64,000 nt of DNA from Escherichia coli 042 (GTDB lineage Bacteria > Pseudomonadota > Gammaproteobacteria > Enterobacterales > Enterobacteriaceae). A program made the position numbers and the translations under genes. Below, in pieces: positions 11,407 through 22,209 of this stretch. The notes below the pieces were generated by a model. That model worked only from the letters and a program-made list of their open reading frames with translations, made no database searches and was not told where the DNA came from. The DNA is taken from NCBI RefSeq assembly GCF_000027125.1, contig NC_017626.1; one strand, 5' to 3'. Position 1 is the stretch's first letter. Each line of letters opens with the position of its first letter.

Positions 11407-11559
11407 CTACTTCTTCGATTCGTAAGCGAGAACTGCCTTAAACTCCATACCACGTTCTCTGATACTCAACTCACACAACGAGTCGCCTACCATCAGCGTG
11501 AATCCCAGTACTGTACAACACAGTACGATGATTGCCACAAGGGCATATTTTGTCAGCAT
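11407..11559 (-). CDS. Hok/Gef-family type I toxin, 50 aa (HokE-like), unannotated small ORF
   Basis: Hand translation of the minus strand gives [50 protein letters not shown]; single TM helix, conserved Cys and C-terminal AYE motif, GGGAGG SD upstream, GC hairpin just 3' of the stop. Below the track size cut-off. Confidence 0.8.
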   Translation of the reverse strand: MLTKYALVAIIVLCCTVLGFTLMVGDSLCELSIRERGMEFKAVLAYESKK

Positions 11560-11823
11560 GTCTTGCCTCCCTGCAAAGAAGAGACTAACATTCGAATTGC
11601 TTAGGTTCGAACGCTGGCCTCAGGTTGATTGAAATATCGCCTGGGGCTTTTGTCCATCTGGAACCTCGCGAATGCTTAACGCCAGACAGCCTCAAGCACC
11701 CAACGCCATTCTATACCTGTTAATTTTCCCTGCGATGTTCACCTTTAAATGCCGGAATGCTGCTCGCAAAATAAAAACGCCCCCATCATTTCTGACAGAG
11801 GCGTTTAATTTATCCGGCAATAT

Positions 11824-12558
11824 TTACCCTTCGTGTAACCCACATTCCCTTTTTAAGCCAAAGAAACGCGTTTCTTCTTCCGCCATGCCGGGTTCCCATT
11901 TACGGGTTGTATGGGTATCACCGACGGATAAATATCCTTCGTCCCATAATGGATGATATTTCAGGCCATGTTTTTGCAGATACTGATATATCGTTCGGTT
12001 ATCCCAGTCGATAATCGGCAGCACTTTAAATACGCCACGCTGAATTGCCAGCACCGGTAAATTGGCGCGACTGCCGGATTGTTCGCGGCGCAGGCCAGCA
12101 AACCACGTTTGCGCATTCAGTTCTTTCAGCGCCCGGTTCATCGGTTCGACTTTGTTGATGTCATTGTACTTTTCAATGCCTTCAACACCCTGCTCCCACA
12201 GTTTGCCGTAGCGCGCTTCCTGCCAGGCGGCGCTTTCGGTAGCGCGGTACACTTTCAGGTTGAGCTTGAGTTTGTCCGTTAACTCGTCAATAAAGCGGTA
12301 GGTTTCCGGGAACAGATAACCCGTATCGGTCAGGATCACCGGGATATCCGGGTGAATCTGATTCACCAGATGCAGGCTCACCGCCGCCTGAATGCCGAAA
12401 CTGGAAGAAAGTACATATTCACCGGGCAGATTATCCAGCGCCCAGGCAACGCGGCCTTCAGCATCCAGTTTTTCCAGTTCGGCGTTAGTTTCTGCCAGCG
12501 CCAGAATGCGATCTACCTTCGGCAGTTCGTTCAGGGCGTTTAGATCGAGTTTGGACAT
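11824..12558 (-). CDS. cysH: phosphoadenosine phosphosulfate reductase
   Basis: Track ORF 11824..12597; start placed at [16 protein letters not shown] (about 12558), 244 aa; ends in the conserved ...ECGLHEG. Confidence 0.93.
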   Translation of the reverse strand: MSKLDLNALNELPKVDRILALAETNAELEKLDAEGRVAWALDNLPGEYVLSSSFGIQAAVSLHLVNQIHPDIPVILTDTGYLFPETYRFIDELTDKLKLNLKVYRATESAAWQEARYGKLWEQGVEGIEKYNDINKVEPMNRALKELNAQTWFAGLRREQSGSRANLPVLAIQRGVFKVLPIIDWDNRTIYQYLQKHGLKYHPLWDEGYLSVGDTHTTRKWEPGMAEEETRFFGLKRECGLHEG

Positions 12559-12579
12559 AGATTCCTCACTGTTTGCTTT

Positions 12580-12615
12580 GCCTGATGCGACGCTCACACG
12601 TCTTATCAGGCCTAC
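12580..12615. repeat. REP (repetitive extragenic palindrome) element in cysI-cysH spacer
   Basis: GCCTGATGCGACGCTCACACGTCTTATCAGGCCTAC matches the enterobacterial REP consensus. Confidence 0.75.
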
Positions 12616-12633
12616 AAGACCGGGCTGATGGTT

Positions 12634-14346
12634 TTAATCCCACAAATCGCGCGCCGGATCGAGCACCGGGCGAATGATGCCCGCACGCACCGTAAAGTCG
12701 CCGAAGCCTTCACCCGCTTCGCGCTCTTTCGCCCAGCGCCCTATCAGTTCATCAAGCGACGCCAGGATTTCCGGCTCGGTGATGTTTTCTTTATACATCC
12801 GTGGGATACGTGTCCCAATGCGGTTGCCGCCAAGATGCAGGTTGTAGCGACCCGGCGCTTTACCCACCAGGCCCATTTCCGCCAGCATCGCACGACCACA
12901 ACCGTTCGGGCAGCCTGTTACACGCATCACGATATGCTCATCGCTGACACCATGTTTCGCCATTAAATTATCGATGTTGTCGATAAAAGACGGCAGGAAA
13001 CGCTCTGCTTCCGCCATCGCCAGCGGGCAAGTCGGGAACGAGACGCAGGCCATTGAGTTTTCACGCTGCGGCGTGACGGCATTCATTAACCCGCTCTCTT
13101 TGGCGATCTTCTCGATCTTCGCTTTCTCGCTTTCCGGTACGCCGGCGATGATCAGATTCTGGTTCGCCGTAATGCGGAAATCACCTTTGTGGATCTTCGC
13201 GATCTCCAGCAGGCCGGTTTTCAGCGGACGCCCCGGATAATCAAGGATGCGACCATTTTCGATAAACAGCGTCAGGTGCCAGTTATCATCAATGCCCTTA
13301 ACCCAGCCAATACGATCTCCGCGTCCGGTGAACTCATACGGACGGATCGGTTCAAATTTGATCCCCGCACGACGCTCCACTTCTGCTTTAAACGTCTCAA
13401 CCCCAACGCGTTCCAGCGTGTATTTGGTTTTGGCATTTTTACGATCGGTACGGTTACCCCAGTCGCGCTGAGTCGTCACGACGGCTTCCGCCACCGCCAA
13501 GGTATGCTCCAGCGGCAGATAACCAAACTCACTCGCCGTGCGGGCGTAGGTTTTCTTGTTGCCGTGCTCGATGGAAAGCCCGCCGCCCACCAGCAGGTTA
13601 AAGCCCACCAGCTTGCCGTTTTCGGCGATCGCCACGAAGTTCATATCGTTGGCGTGCAGATCGATATCGTTCTGCGGCGGTATCACCACCGTGGTTTTGA
13701 ACTTACGCGGCAGATAGGTCTGACCGAGTATCGGCTCTTCATCGGTGGTGGCGACTTTTTCCTGATCGAGCCAGATCTCCGCATACGCGCGAGTACGCGG
13801 CAGCAGATGTTCAGAGATTTTCTTCGCCCATTCATAGGCTTCCGCGTGCAGCTGCGACTCGTAAGGGTTCGAGGTGCAGAGTACGTTACGGTTCATGTCG
13901 TTAGCAGTCGCCAGCGCATCAAGACCGACCGAGTGCAGCATCTGGTGCACCGGTTTGACGTTCTTTTTCAGAATGCCGTGGAACTGAAACGTCTGGCGGT
14001 TGGTCAGGCGAATGCTGCCATAGATGGTGTTTTCACCGGCAAATTTATCGATCGCCTGCCACTGTTTGGTGGTAATCACCCCACCCGGCAGACGACAGCG
14101 CAGCAGCATCGCATGACGCGGCTCCAGCTTCTGTTCAGCACGTTCAGCGCGGATGTCGCGGTCATCCTGTTGATACATGCCGTGGAAGCGGATCAGCAGG
14201 AAGTTATCGCCCTTAAAGCCGCCGGTCAGACCGTCGTTTAAATCTTCCGCAATGGTGCCGCGCAGGTAGTTGCTCTCCAGCTTCATGCGCTCGGCGTCTG
14301 CCAGTTTTCCTTCGACCACTAAAGGCCCTGGATGTTTTTCGCTCAT
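12634..14346 (-). CDS. cysI: sulfite reductase hemoprotein beta subunit
   Basis: 570 aa; siroheme/4Fe-4S cysteine cluster ([13 protein letters not shown] ... TGCPNGCGR). Confidence 0.95.
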   Translation of the reverse strand: MSEKHPGPLVVEGKLADAERMKLESNYLRGTIAEDLNDGLTGGFKGDNFLLIRFHGMYQQDDRDIRAERAEQKLEPRHAMLLRCRLPGGVITTKQWQAIDKFAGENTIYGSIRLTNRQTFQFHGILKKNVKPVHQMLHSVGLDALATANDMNRNVLCTSNPYESQLHAEAYEWAKKISEHLLPRTRAYAEIWLDQEKVATTDEEPILGQTYLPRKFKTTVVIPPQNDIDLHANDMNFVAIAENGKLVGFNLLVGGGLSIEHGNKKTYARTASEFGYLPLEHTLAVAEAVVTTQRDWGNRTDRKNAKTKYTLERVGVETFKAEVERRAGIKFEPIRPYEFTGRGDRIGWVKGIDDNWHLTLFIENGRILDYPGRPLKTGLLEIAKIHKGDFRITANQNLIIAGVPESEKAKIEKIAKESGLMNAVTPQRENSMACVSFPTCPLAMAEAERFLPSFIDNIDNLMAKHGVSDEHIVMRVTGCPNGCGRAMLAEMGLVGKAPGRYNLHLGGNRIGTRIPRMYKENITEPEILASLDELIGRWAKEREAGEGFGDFTVRAGIIRPVLDPARDLWD

Positions 14347-16145
14347 TAGTAGACATCTCGCTGATAACGGCGCTCTACGCGCAGCTCACTTAAAAATTCA
14401 TCCGCCGCTTCGGTGTCCATGCCACCAAATTCGGCAATCACTTCCAGAAGTGCCTGCTCAACGTCTTTCGCCATGCGATTAGCGTCGCCGCAGACATAAA
14501 TGTGGGCACCGTCATTGATCCAGCGCCACAGCTCTGCGCCCTGTTCGCGCAGTTTGTCTTGTACGTAAATTTTTTCTTTTTGATCGCGCGACCAGGCAAG
14601 ATCGATCCGCGTCAGCACGCCCTCTTTGACGTAGCGCTGCCATTCCACCTGGTAGAGGAAATCTTCCGTAAAGTGCGGGTTGCCAAAGAACAGCCAGTTT
14701 TTCCCCGGCGCTTCGTCGGCGGCGCGTTGCTGCATAAAGGCGCGGAACGGCGCGATGCCGGTGCCTGGGCCAATCATAATCACTGGGGTTTCTGGGTTGG
14801 CTGGCAGGCGGAAGTTGTCGTTATGTTCGATAAATACGCGGACTTCGCCCTCTTCTTCCACGCGGTCCGCGAGGAAGCTGGAGGCACCACCGGCACGGGC
14901 GCGGCCTTCCACGTCGTAACGCACCACACCAACGGTGACGTGTACTTCGTTCTCGACTTCCGCCTGCGAGGAGGCGATGGAATACAGGCGCGGGGTCAGC
15001 GGGCGCAGCAGATTAATCAGCGCTTCGGCATTCAGTTGCGCCGGAGAGAAACGCACCATGTCGACAATCGGCGTGGTCGCGGCGTAATGCTGTAACTTCG
15101 CTTTATCGCCCACCAGCGGCAGCAGCGTTTCGCTGCGGGTAAGCGTGGCGTAGTTCTCAACAATGTTGGCGGTGTTGACGGTCAGTTCAAAGTGCCACTG
15201 GAGCGCTTCGCTCAGGGTCAGCGTTTTGCCGTCAACGGTGACAGTTTCATCGCCTTTCAGCCACAGCAGTTCGACAAGTTCTTTCACCAGTGCCGGATCG
15301 TTCTGATACCAGACGCCCAGCGCGTCACCCGGCTGGTAACGCAGGCCCGAGTCACCTAAGTCAATTTCGATATGGCGAACGTCTTTTTCAGAGTTACGCC
15401 CGGTAATTTTCTGGTTAACAGAGAGGCTCGCCACCAGCGGCGCGTCTTTGCTGTACGGGCTGGTGTGGATTTCATTTACCGCGCCAGTAGCGACGGATTG
15501 CGAAGGTGCCGCGACAGGCGCACGCGATTTAAGCGCATCAACCACGCGGGCGCGCCACTCGATGGCAGCAGCCTGGTATTCAACGTCGGCATCGACACGG
15601 TCGAGCAGGCGTTCACCGCCCAGTTCCGCCAGCTTGCTGTCAAAATCTTTCCCGGACTGGCAGAAAAATTCATAAGAGCTATCGCCGAGGCTAAACACGG
15701 CAAACGCGGTGTTTTCCAGCTTTGGCGCTTTTTTGGAGAACAGGAACTTATGCAGCGCGACGGCTTCTTCCGGCGGTTCCCCTTCCCCTTGCGTTGACGT
15801 CACCACGATGAGCAGTTTTTCGCTGGCGATTTGTTTGAATTTATAGTCGCCCGCGTTCACCAGCTTAACGTTCAGTTTTGCCGCTAATAAATCATCGCGT
15901 AATGCTTCAGCAACCCGGCGCGCATTGCCGGTTTGCGAAGCAGAGATAATAGTTATACCCGGCATTTCTGCGGCTGGCGCTGGCGTCGCTGCAAGCGCAG
16001 CAGGCTGCTGATTGAGCACGCCCCAGAAATAGCCAGAAACCCAGGCAAGCTGGGTGGGAGTTAAATCGGTCGTGGCCGCCTGAAGGCGTGCCAGTTGCTC
16101 CGGGTTCAACGGAAGCAACGCGGAAGGTGGGACCTGTGTCGTCAT
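14346..16145 (-). CDS. cysJ: sulfite reductase flavoprotein alpha subunit
   Basis: 599 aa; flavodoxin-like N-terminal domain and FAD/NADPH reductase C-terminus (...RYQRDVY). Confidence 0.95.
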   Translation of the reverse strand: MTTQVPPSALLPLNPEQLARLQAATTDLTPTQLAWVSGYFWGVLNQQPAALAATPAPAAEMPGITIISASQTGNARRVAEALRDDLLAAKLNVKLVNAGDYKFKQIASEKLLIVVTSTQGEGEPPEEAVALHKFLFSKKAPKLENTAFAVFSLGDSSYEFFCQSGKDFDSKLAELGGERLLDRVDADVEYQAAAIEWRARVVDALKSRAPVAAPSQSVATGAVNEIHTSPYSKDAPLVASLSVNQKITGRNSEKDVRHIEIDLGDSGLRYQPGDALGVWYQNDPALVKELVELLWLKGDETVTVDGKTLTLSEALQWHFELTVNTANIVENYATLTRSETLLPLVGDKAKLQHYAATTPIVDMVRFSPAQLNAEALINLLRPLTPRLYSIASSQAEVENEVHVTVGVVRYDVEGRARAGGASSFLADRVEEEGEVRVFIEHNDNFRLPANPETPVIMIGPGTGIAPFRAFMQQRAADEAPGKNWLFFGNPHFTEDFLYQVEWQRYVKEGVLTRIDLAWSRDQKEKIYVQDKLREQGAELWRWINDGAHIYVCGDANRMAKDVEQALLEVIAEFGGMDTEAADEFLSELRVERRYQRDVY

Positions 16146-16376
16146 GCGTCGTTATGTTCCAGTAAGCAAAGCTGTTTCTGCGCCCTGTCAGCGCCCATAA
16201 AACAGAAGAGAAGGTAAGGTTAACGGGGTGAACGGTGTGGATTAAAGACGGGATAGCGATAACTAATAACCAAATCGACTAACCTGTTTTAGCAATAGTC
16301 TTTAACAACAAAATAGATTAACCAACCCAATGAAAAACAAATGAATTTAGCCAATCATTAAGATAAATTAGCGATT
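16146..16376. promoter_or_regulatory. cysJIH promoter region / divergent queD upstream region
   Basis: Intergenic segment 5' of cysJ; CysB-dependent promoter expected from established knowledge. No sites mapped by me. Confidence 0.45.
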
Positions 16377-16460
16377 TTGCGCAACAAAGTCGTTTTAGAT
16401 AATGCGAAAAAACAGCCTTTCCGGTACTCTACGGCGGTTTTATCGTCCTGTAGAGAAATT

Positions 16461-16826
16461 ATGATGTCCACCACGTTATTTAAAGATTTCACCTTCGAAG
16501 CCGCTCACCGCTTACCACACGTCCCGGAAGGACATAAATGTGGTCGCCTGCACGGGCATTCCTTTATGGTGCGACTGGAAATCACCGGGGAAGTCGATCC
16601 GCATACGGGCTGGATTATCGATTTCGCTGAACTGAAAGCGGCGTTTAAGCCAACCTACGAGCGTCTCGATCACCATTATCTCAATGATATTCCAGGTCTG
16701 GAAAACCCAACCAGCGAAGTTTTAGCAAAATGGATTTGGGATCAAGTTAAACCGGTTGTGCCGCTGTTAAGTGCGGTGATGGTAAAAGAAACCTGTACTG
16801 CAGGCTGTATCTATCGCGGCGAATGA
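16461..16826 (+). CDS. queD: 6-carboxy-5,6,7,8-tetrahydropterin synthase
   Basis: Track ORF 16377..16826; start placed at [18 protein letters not shown] (about 16461), 121 aa; Zn-binding CGRLHGHSF motif. Confidence 0.92.
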   Translation: MMSTTLFKDFTFEAAHRLPHVPEGHKCGRLHGHSFMVRLEITGEVDPHTGWIIDFAELKAAFKPTYERLDHHYLNDIPGLENPTSEVLAKWIWDQVKPVVPLLSAVMVKETCTAGCIYRGE

Positions 16827-16903
16827 TAAGAGTGTGTCGGCGGTCAATTTCCCTTAAGTAACGCCATGTTAGGGTGTTGTGTTCTGGATATCTGGGGCAT
16901 GAC

Positions 16904-18175
16904 ATGGAAGACAACTGCGACATTATTATTATTGGTGCGGGTATAGCAGGCACCGCTTGCGCGTTACGCTGCACGCGGGCAGGTTTGTCCGTTCTGTTAC
17001 TGGAACGCGCTGAAATCCCCGGCAGCAAAAATCTTTCCGGCGGGCGTTTATACACCCATGCGCTCGCGGAACTCCTCCCGCAATTTCATCTGACCGCGCC
17101 TCTTGAACGACGCATCACTCACGAAAGCCTTTCTCTGCTAACGCCGGATGGCGCAACGACGTTTTCCAGCTTACAGCCCGGCCGTGAATCCTGGAGTGTA
17201 TTACGTGCACGGTTCGATCCGTGGCTGGTTGCCGAAGCCGAAAAAGAAGGTGTCGAATGCATCCCCGGTGCGACGGTGGATGCGCTGTATGAAGAAAACG
17301 GCAGGGTGTGTGGTGTCATTTGTGGTGACGATATTCTCCGCGCCCGTTATGTGGTGCTGGCAGAAGGTGCCAACAGCGTCCTGGCTGAACGTCACGGGTT
17401 AGTGACTCGTCCTGCTGGCGAAGCGATGGCGTTGGGGATCAAAGAAGTGCTGTCGCTGGAAACATCCGCTATTGAAGAACGTTTTCATCTGGAGAATAAC
17501 GAAGGCGCAGCGTTGCTGTTCAGCGGCGGGATCTGTGATGACTTACCCGGCGGCGCATTTCTTTATACTAATCAACAAACGCTCTCGTTAGGGATTGTTT
17601 GCCCGCTCTCTTCCCTTACGCAAAGTCGTGTTCCGGCAAGCGAGCTGCTGGCTCGCTTTAAAACGCATCCGGCAGTGCGCCCGCTTATCAAAAACACGGA
17701 ATCACTGGAGTATGGTGCGCATCTGGTGCCAGAAGGTGGCTTGCACAGTATGCCGGTGCAATACGCCGGTAACGGCTGGCTGCTGCTGGGCGATGCGTTG
17801 CGCAGTTGCGTCAATACCGGAATTTCCGTGCGCGGCATGGATATGGCGCTAACTGGCGCGCAGGCGGCGGCACAAACGCTGATAAGCGCCTGCCAGCACC
17901 GCGAGCCGCAAAATCTGTTTCCGCTTTATCATCACAACGTCGAGCGCAGCCTGCTATGGGATGTTCTACAACGTTATCAGCATGTTCCGGCGCTTTTGCA
18001 ACGCCCTGGATGGTACCGTGCGTGGCCTGCGTTAATGCAGGATATTTCCCGCGATTTATGGGATCAGGGTGATAAACCTGTTCCACCGCTGCGCCAGTTA
18101 TTCTGGCGTCATTTACGTCGTCACGGCCTGTGGCATCTGGCGGGCGATGTTGTCAGGAGTATTCGATGTCTGTAG
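16904..18175 (+). CDS. ygcN: FAD-dependent oxidoreductase, FixC-like (ETF-quinone oxidoreductase family)
   Basis: Track ORF starts at GTG 16874; internal start MEDNCDIIIIGAGIAG (about 16904) gives the dinucleotide-binding GxGxxG motif at the N-terminus. Confidence 0.85.
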   Translation: MEDNCDIIIIGAGIAGTACALRCTRAGLSVLLLERAEIPGSKNLSGGRLYTHALAELLPQFHLTAPLERRITHESLSLLTPDGATTFSSLQPGRESWSVLRARFDPWLVAEAEKEGVECIPGATVDALYEENGRVCGVICGDDILRARYVVLAEGANSVLAERHGLVTRPAGEAMALGIKEVLSLETSAIEERFHLENNEGAALLFSGGICDDLPGGAFLYTNQQTLSLGIVCPLSSLTQSRVPASELLARFKTHPAVRPLIKNTESLEYGAHLVPEGGLHSMPVQYAGNGWLLLGDALRSCVNTGISVRGMDMALTGAQAAAQTLISACQHREPQNLFPLYHHNVERSLLWDVLQRYQHVPALLQRPGWYRAWPALMQDISRDLWDQGDKPVPPLRQLFWRHLRRHGLWHLAGDVVRSIRCL

Positions 18176-18426
18176 CCCGTAATCTCTGGCGCGCTGCTGA
18201 TGCGCCACATATTGTTCCGGCAGACTCCGTTGAGCGCCAGACGGCACAACAGTTGATTAACGCTTGTCCGGCTGGTCTTTTTTCGCTCACACCGGAGGGT
18301 GATTTGCACGTTGATTATCGTAATTGTCTGGAGTGCGGCACCTGCCGTTTGCTGTGCGATGAAAAAACGCTACAACAGTGGCACTATCCGCCTTCCGGAT
18401 TCGGCATCACCTACCGCTTTGGATAA
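18166..18426 (+). CDS. ygcO: ferredoxin-like protein, FixX-like
   Basis: 86 aa from MSVARNLW; cysteine motif CLECGTCRLLC; overlaps the ygcN 3' end. Confidence 0.85.
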   Translation: MSVARNLWRAADAPHIVPADSVERQTAQQLINACPAGLFSLTPEGDLHVDYRNCLECGTCRLLCDEKTLQQWHYPPSGFGITYRFG

Positions 18427-18442
18427 ATAATAAGGATAATTT

Positions 18443-19018
18443 ATGCCCCTCTTACACCTGCTCCGCCAGAATCCGGTGATTGCTGCCGTTAAAGATAATG
18501 CCAGCCTGCAACTGGCAATCGATTCTGAATGCCAGTTTATTTCCGTGTTGTACGGCAATATCTGCACCATCAGTAATATCGTTAAAAAGATTAAAAACGC
18601 CGGAAAATATGCCTTTATTCATGTTGATTTGCTGGAAGGCGCATCGAACAAAGAAGTGGTGATTCAGTTTCTGAAACTGGTGACCGAGGCGGACGGCATT
18701 ATCAGCACGAAAGCATCGATGCTAAAAGCGGCAAGAGCGGAAGGTTTTTTCTGTATTCATCGCCTGTTTATTGTTGATTCGATTTCGTTTCACAACATTG
18801 ATAAGCAAGTTGCGCAATCGAATCCGGATTGTATTGAGATCCTGCCAGGCTGTATGCCTAAAGTGCTAGGCTGGGTGACGGAGAAAATCCGCCAACCGCT
18901 GATTGCCGGCGGGCTGGTGTGCGATGAAGAAGATGCGCGTAATGCGATTAACGCGGGTGTTGTGGCGCTTTCCACCACGAATACCGGGGTCTGGACGTTA
19001 GCGAAAAAATTGCTTTGA
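18443..19018 (+). CDS. ygcP: GlpP-like glycerol-3-phosphate-responsive antiterminator family protein
   Basis: 191 aa; family assignment from overall similarity to GlpP-like proteins as I recall them and from position. Confidence 0.75.
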   Translation: MPLLHLLRQNPVIAAVKDNASLQLAIDSECQFISVLYGNICTISNIVKKIKNAGKYAFIHVDLLEGASNKEVVIQFLKLVTEADGIISTKASMLKAARAEGFFCIHRLFIVDSISFHNIDKQVAQSNPDCIEILPGCMPKVLGWVTEKIRQPLIAGGLVCDEEDARNAINAGVVALSTTNTGVWTLAKKLL

Positions 19019-19059
19019 CGGGATACTCGTAACGAGTTGAATTTGTGTGATTTGTAGGC

Positions 19060-19164
19060 TGCACGCCACATCCGACATTCAGCGCCTGATGCGACGCTTG
19101 ACGCGTCTTATCAGGCTTACAAGTCCCCAGCCCAGAACCGTAGGCAGGATCATCCGGCTGCACG
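19060..19164. repeat. REP / BIME-like cluster between ygcP and ygcQ
   Basis: GCCTGATGCGACGCTTGACGCGTCTTATCAGGCTTAC plus flanking partial inverted copies (GTAGGC...CATCCGGCTGCAC). Confidence 0.7.
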
Positions 19165-20025
19165 TTATTGGCATTCTGCGTGAATGTTTGTCACCAGTGC
19201 CTCCAGCACCACTTTCCAGTCATCAACCACGCCAACATCTGCCTGTGAAAATACCGCTGCGCTGGCGTCATGATTAATCGCCACCACAAACTTGCTATTG
19301 CGTACGCCCGCCATTAACGCTGCTGCGCCGGAAGCGCCAACAACAATACACACCTCAGGTGCCAGCAGATGTCCGGAAATACCAATCACTTTTTCAGCAT
19401 CAACGCCACCGTTCATCACTCGCGCCCGACTGTAGCCCACTTCGGCTCCCAGCTTTTCTGCCAGCATAGCGATTTCCTGGTTATCTGCCTCTCCGCCCTG
19501 CCCCACCACCAGCACCCGTCTGGCCTCAGCTAATGGGTCACGGGTAACATTTTTCAGATCCTCTGTGCTAACCAGCCAGTCGGGAAGCGCGCCGGGGACA
19601 ATGTTCAGTTGCTGCATACCAGAGGGCAATGTGGCGTTTTTCACTGCTCCCGCCTGGCGGGCAAGGGAAAGGCATAGCGGGCGTTTTTCTGTTTGCAGCG
19701 TCGCCGTTAGCGCATTTCCCCAGTGGGATTTGCGCACGCTTACGGTTGAAATATCTAACGAAGTCACCTGGCAGATGCTTGCACCATGTAAACGCCAGGC
19801 CAGCCGGGTCGACAGTTCATCACCAAACGTTCCCGGCGGAAAGAGAACAACGTCCGCTGGCGTTCGCTGCCACTGTTCCACCAGCGCATCCAGCACCTGT
19901 TCCGCCACTACGGGCTGAGGTTCAATCTGCCAGTGTGCCAGGGTACAACCGCTGAAATCCTGTTCTGCCAGCCAGCTCGCTATTGCGGCATTCTCCTGAT
20001 TTATTGTCACAATTGCGATATTCAT
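19165..20025 (-). CDS. ygcQ: electron transfer flavoprotein alpha-subunit-like (FixB-like)
   Basis: Track ORF 19165..20058; start placed at MNIAIVTINQENAAI (about 20025), overlapping the ygcR stop. Confidence 0.85.
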   Translation of the reverse strand: MNIAIVTINQENAAIASWLAEQDFSGCTLAHWQIEPQPVVAEQVLDALVEQWQRTPADVVLFPPGTFGDELSTRLAWRLHGASICQVTSLDISTVSVRKSHWGNALTATLQTEKRPLCLSLARQAGAVKNATLPSGMQQLNIVPGALPDWLVSTEDLKNVTRDPLAEARRVLVVGQGGEADNQEIAMLAEKLGAEVGYSRARVMNGGVDAEKVIGISGHLLAPEVCIVVGASGAAALMAGVRNSKFVVAINHDASAAVFSQADVGVVDDWKVVLEALVTNIHAECQ

Positions 20026-20801
20026 GGCTGCATCCTTTGGCGTAAATAGTCCTGCCATAGCTTTTGCGCTTTTTCTGCTACCGTTTGCCCATCAATCAGC
20101 GTCGCTCCGCGTTGTTGCTCTGCTCTTGCCAGTTGCAGACACTGCATCGCTGGCGATTCGGCAGCAACAGTTTTACGGATAATTGCTGCTTTCCCCGCCG
20201 CCATTCGCTGACGCATTCCCGGTACTGGCAAGGCCACTTCACCGCACTGACGCACGGCAATCACCGCAGGCAAGCGAACCCGGCAACAGCGCAGCCCATG
20301 TTCAGTACGCTGTTCGAGGGTGATAAACGGCGCGTCGAGAGTGAAACGCTCCACCTGGGTGAAGCAGGGCCAGCCCAGCATTTCCGCCAGCAAAAATGGC
20401 GTTTGCCCATTCTGCCCTTCGCTGCTTTGGCAGCCGGTAATTATCAGATCCAGCGGATTCTGACGCTGCCATTCGGCAATATGGCGAGCGACAAATTCCG
20501 GCGCAAAGCGCAGATCTGCCGCCGTCTCCAGTAATACAGCTTCCTCAAACCCAAGAGCCATGAGATAGCGCAGCCATTGCAACGCCCGTTCATCCCCCAT
20601 GCTCAACGCGGTTAAAGACATCGACGTACCGTTTTTTCTCTGCGTCAACAGCAGCGCGGCGGCAGCCTGTTCATCAGCACCGAGTAAACTTCGCAGAAGC
20701 GAAACATCCGGCCCGCAGTTACCCTGAGCCGCCGCCTGCCACTCTTTTTCCGCCAGCATTCCGGCATCCGGTTCGGCTTTAAACGCTAACAGAATGTTCA
20801 T
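20022..20801 (-). CDS. ygcR: electron transfer flavoprotein beta-subunit-like (FixA-like)
   Basis: About 259 aa from MNILLAFKAEPDAG; ETF-beta-like fold inferred from sequence and its pairing with ygcQ. Confidence 0.85.
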   Translation of the reverse strand: MNILLAFKAEPDAGMLAEKEWQAAAQGNCGPDVSLLRSLLGADEQAAAALLLTQRKNGTSMSLTALSMGDERALQWLRYLMALGFEEAVLLETAADLRFAPEFVARHIAEWQRQNPLDLIITGCQSSEGQNGQTPFLLAEMLGWPCFTQVERFTLDAPFITLEQRTEHGLRCCRVRLPAVIAVRQCGEVALPVPGMRQRMAAGKAAIIRKTVAAESPAMQCLQLARAEQQRGATLIDGQTVAEKAQKLWQDYLRQRMQP

Positions 20802-22116
20802 TCGCACCTCCTACATTTCCCGCCGCCACCAGCGGGAGTGCTTTGGTTTCTGGTGCCCATAGCCAGGTCACAACAAACCCAATCAACAACACTGCCGCCA
20901 GAAGCAATAAGGTGGCCTGCATTCCCCACTGCGCCAGCACCCACGGCAGCAGGCCGGTACTTACCGCCGCGCCCAACCGGCTCATGGCGGTGGCAAAACC
21001 GACGCCCAGAGAGCGAATGTCGGTGGGGAAACTTTCCGCAGGCAAAATGCCCACCAGATTACTGACTGCCGAAATGGTGGTACTGAAGAGAACAAAAAGC
21101 AGCAGCGTTAATGAACTGCCGGAAGGCAAACAGGCCATCACAACCAGCGTTGCCGCCAGCAGCAAAAAACTGCCAAGTAAAAATTTGCGATGTGCCAGCA
21201 GGTGCGTCAGAACTAATCCCAGCAGCGCGCCCACAATTAACAACGCATTAAGCATCAGGCTGGCAGTCAGCGCATCTTCCAGTCCAATCGTCTGGGCGAT
21301 AGTTGGCAGCCAGGTATAAATCACAAACCACGGGATCACGAGGCAGACAAAGAAGACGCTGTTAAACACCGTGCGCCGCCAGTAACGTGAAGAGAACAAA
21401 GTTTTGATATGTTTATGGGTCGCCGTTGCCACTTCATCGCCCAATAAAACATGGGGACCCAAATAGCGATGTACGATAGCGTGAGCTTCTGCAAAACGCC
21501 CCTGGCGCAGTAGCCAGCGCGGCGATTCTGGTGTTCCCCAACGTAACAGGGTAATCAGCAAGGCGGGCAGCGCCGCCGATGCCAGCAGCCAGCGCCAGGC
21601 CTCCGGGCTTTCGCTAATAAAGTGATGTCCGGCAATACTTGCCAGCACATAGCCCACCGTCCACACCACGCTGAATGCGCCCAGCAAAATACCGCGATGG
21701 CGGCGCGGAGAAAATTCAGCCAGCAAGGTGTGGCCTACTGAATAATCGCCTCCCAGTCCAATGCCTATCAAAATGCGCAGGCCAATCAGGTGCTCTGGCG
21801 TGGTGGCAAAAAATTGTAAAAACGAGGCGAGCGTAATCAGCACAAAGCTGAAGGTGAAGATTTTTTGTCGCCCGATATGGTCGGAGATCCACCCCAAAAC
21901 CAGACTGCCAAGAAACAAACCCAGTAGCGCCGAGCCGCCGATCATTCCTGCCATAAACGGCGTCAGTTGCATGGCTGGCGTAAGCTGAATAATGGCGTAC
22001 CCAATGACGCCGAGGACATAACCATCGGTCAGGTGTGCGCCGAAAGTGAGCGCAGCAATTCGGCAGTGAAAACTGTTAAGCGGTAAATCATCCATTCGCA
22101 CCGGTGAAGTGTTCAT
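20779..22116 (-). CDS. ygcS: MFS transporter (sugar-porter-like)
   Basis: Track ORF 20779..22191; start placed at MNTSPVRMDDLPLNSF (about 22116); 12-TM hydrophobic profile with MFS motifs. Confidence 0.85.
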   Translation of the reverse strand: MNTSPVRMDDLPLNSFHCRIAALTFGAHLTDGYVLGVIGYAIIQLTPAMQLTPFMAGMIGGSALLGLFLGSLVLGWISDHIGRQKIFTFSFVLITLASFLQFFATTPEHLIGLRILIGIGLGGDYSVGHTLLAEFSPRRHRGILLGAFSVVWTVGYVLASIAGHHFISESPEAWRWLLASAALPALLITLLRWGTPESPRWLLRQGRFAEAHAIVHRYLGPHVLLGDEVATATHKHIKTLFSSRYWRRTVFNSVFFVCLVIPWFVIYTWLPTIAQTIGLEDALTASLMLNALLIVGALLGLVLTHLLAHRKFLLGSFLLLAATLVVMACLPSGSSLTLLLFVLFSTTISAVSNLVGILPAESFPTDIRSLGVGFATAMSRLGAAVSTGLLPWVLAQWGMQATLLLLAAVLLIGFVVTWLWAPETKALPLVAAGNVGGANEHSVSV

Positions 22117-22209
22117 CTTTACCCCTTCATTGTCCGGTAATAAGAACGGCTTCTCACCTGAGAAGCCGAAAAGGCAACGCCCCGTCACCACGGGACGCTG
22201 CCTGACACA

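Noticed and set aside
11350-11604. 84-aa + strand ORF in the cas3-cysH spacer
   Set aside because: Overlaps the better-supported minus-strand Hok-like ORF on the opposite strand; no SD and no family resemblance. The region more plausibly encodes a Sok-like antisense RNA on this strand.
11560-11700. Candidate mok-like overlapping frame upstream of the hok-like ORF
   Set aside because: The only upstream ATG in a plausible position (ATGGACAAAAGC...) terminates after about 18 codons before reaching hok; I cannot support an intact mok.
13189-14241. 350-aa + strand ORF
   Set aside because: Antisense to cysI, which has clear sulfite-reductase motifs; long antisense ORFs are common in GC-balanced coding DNA.
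14502-15095. 197-aa + strand ORF
   Set aside because: Antisense to cysJ.
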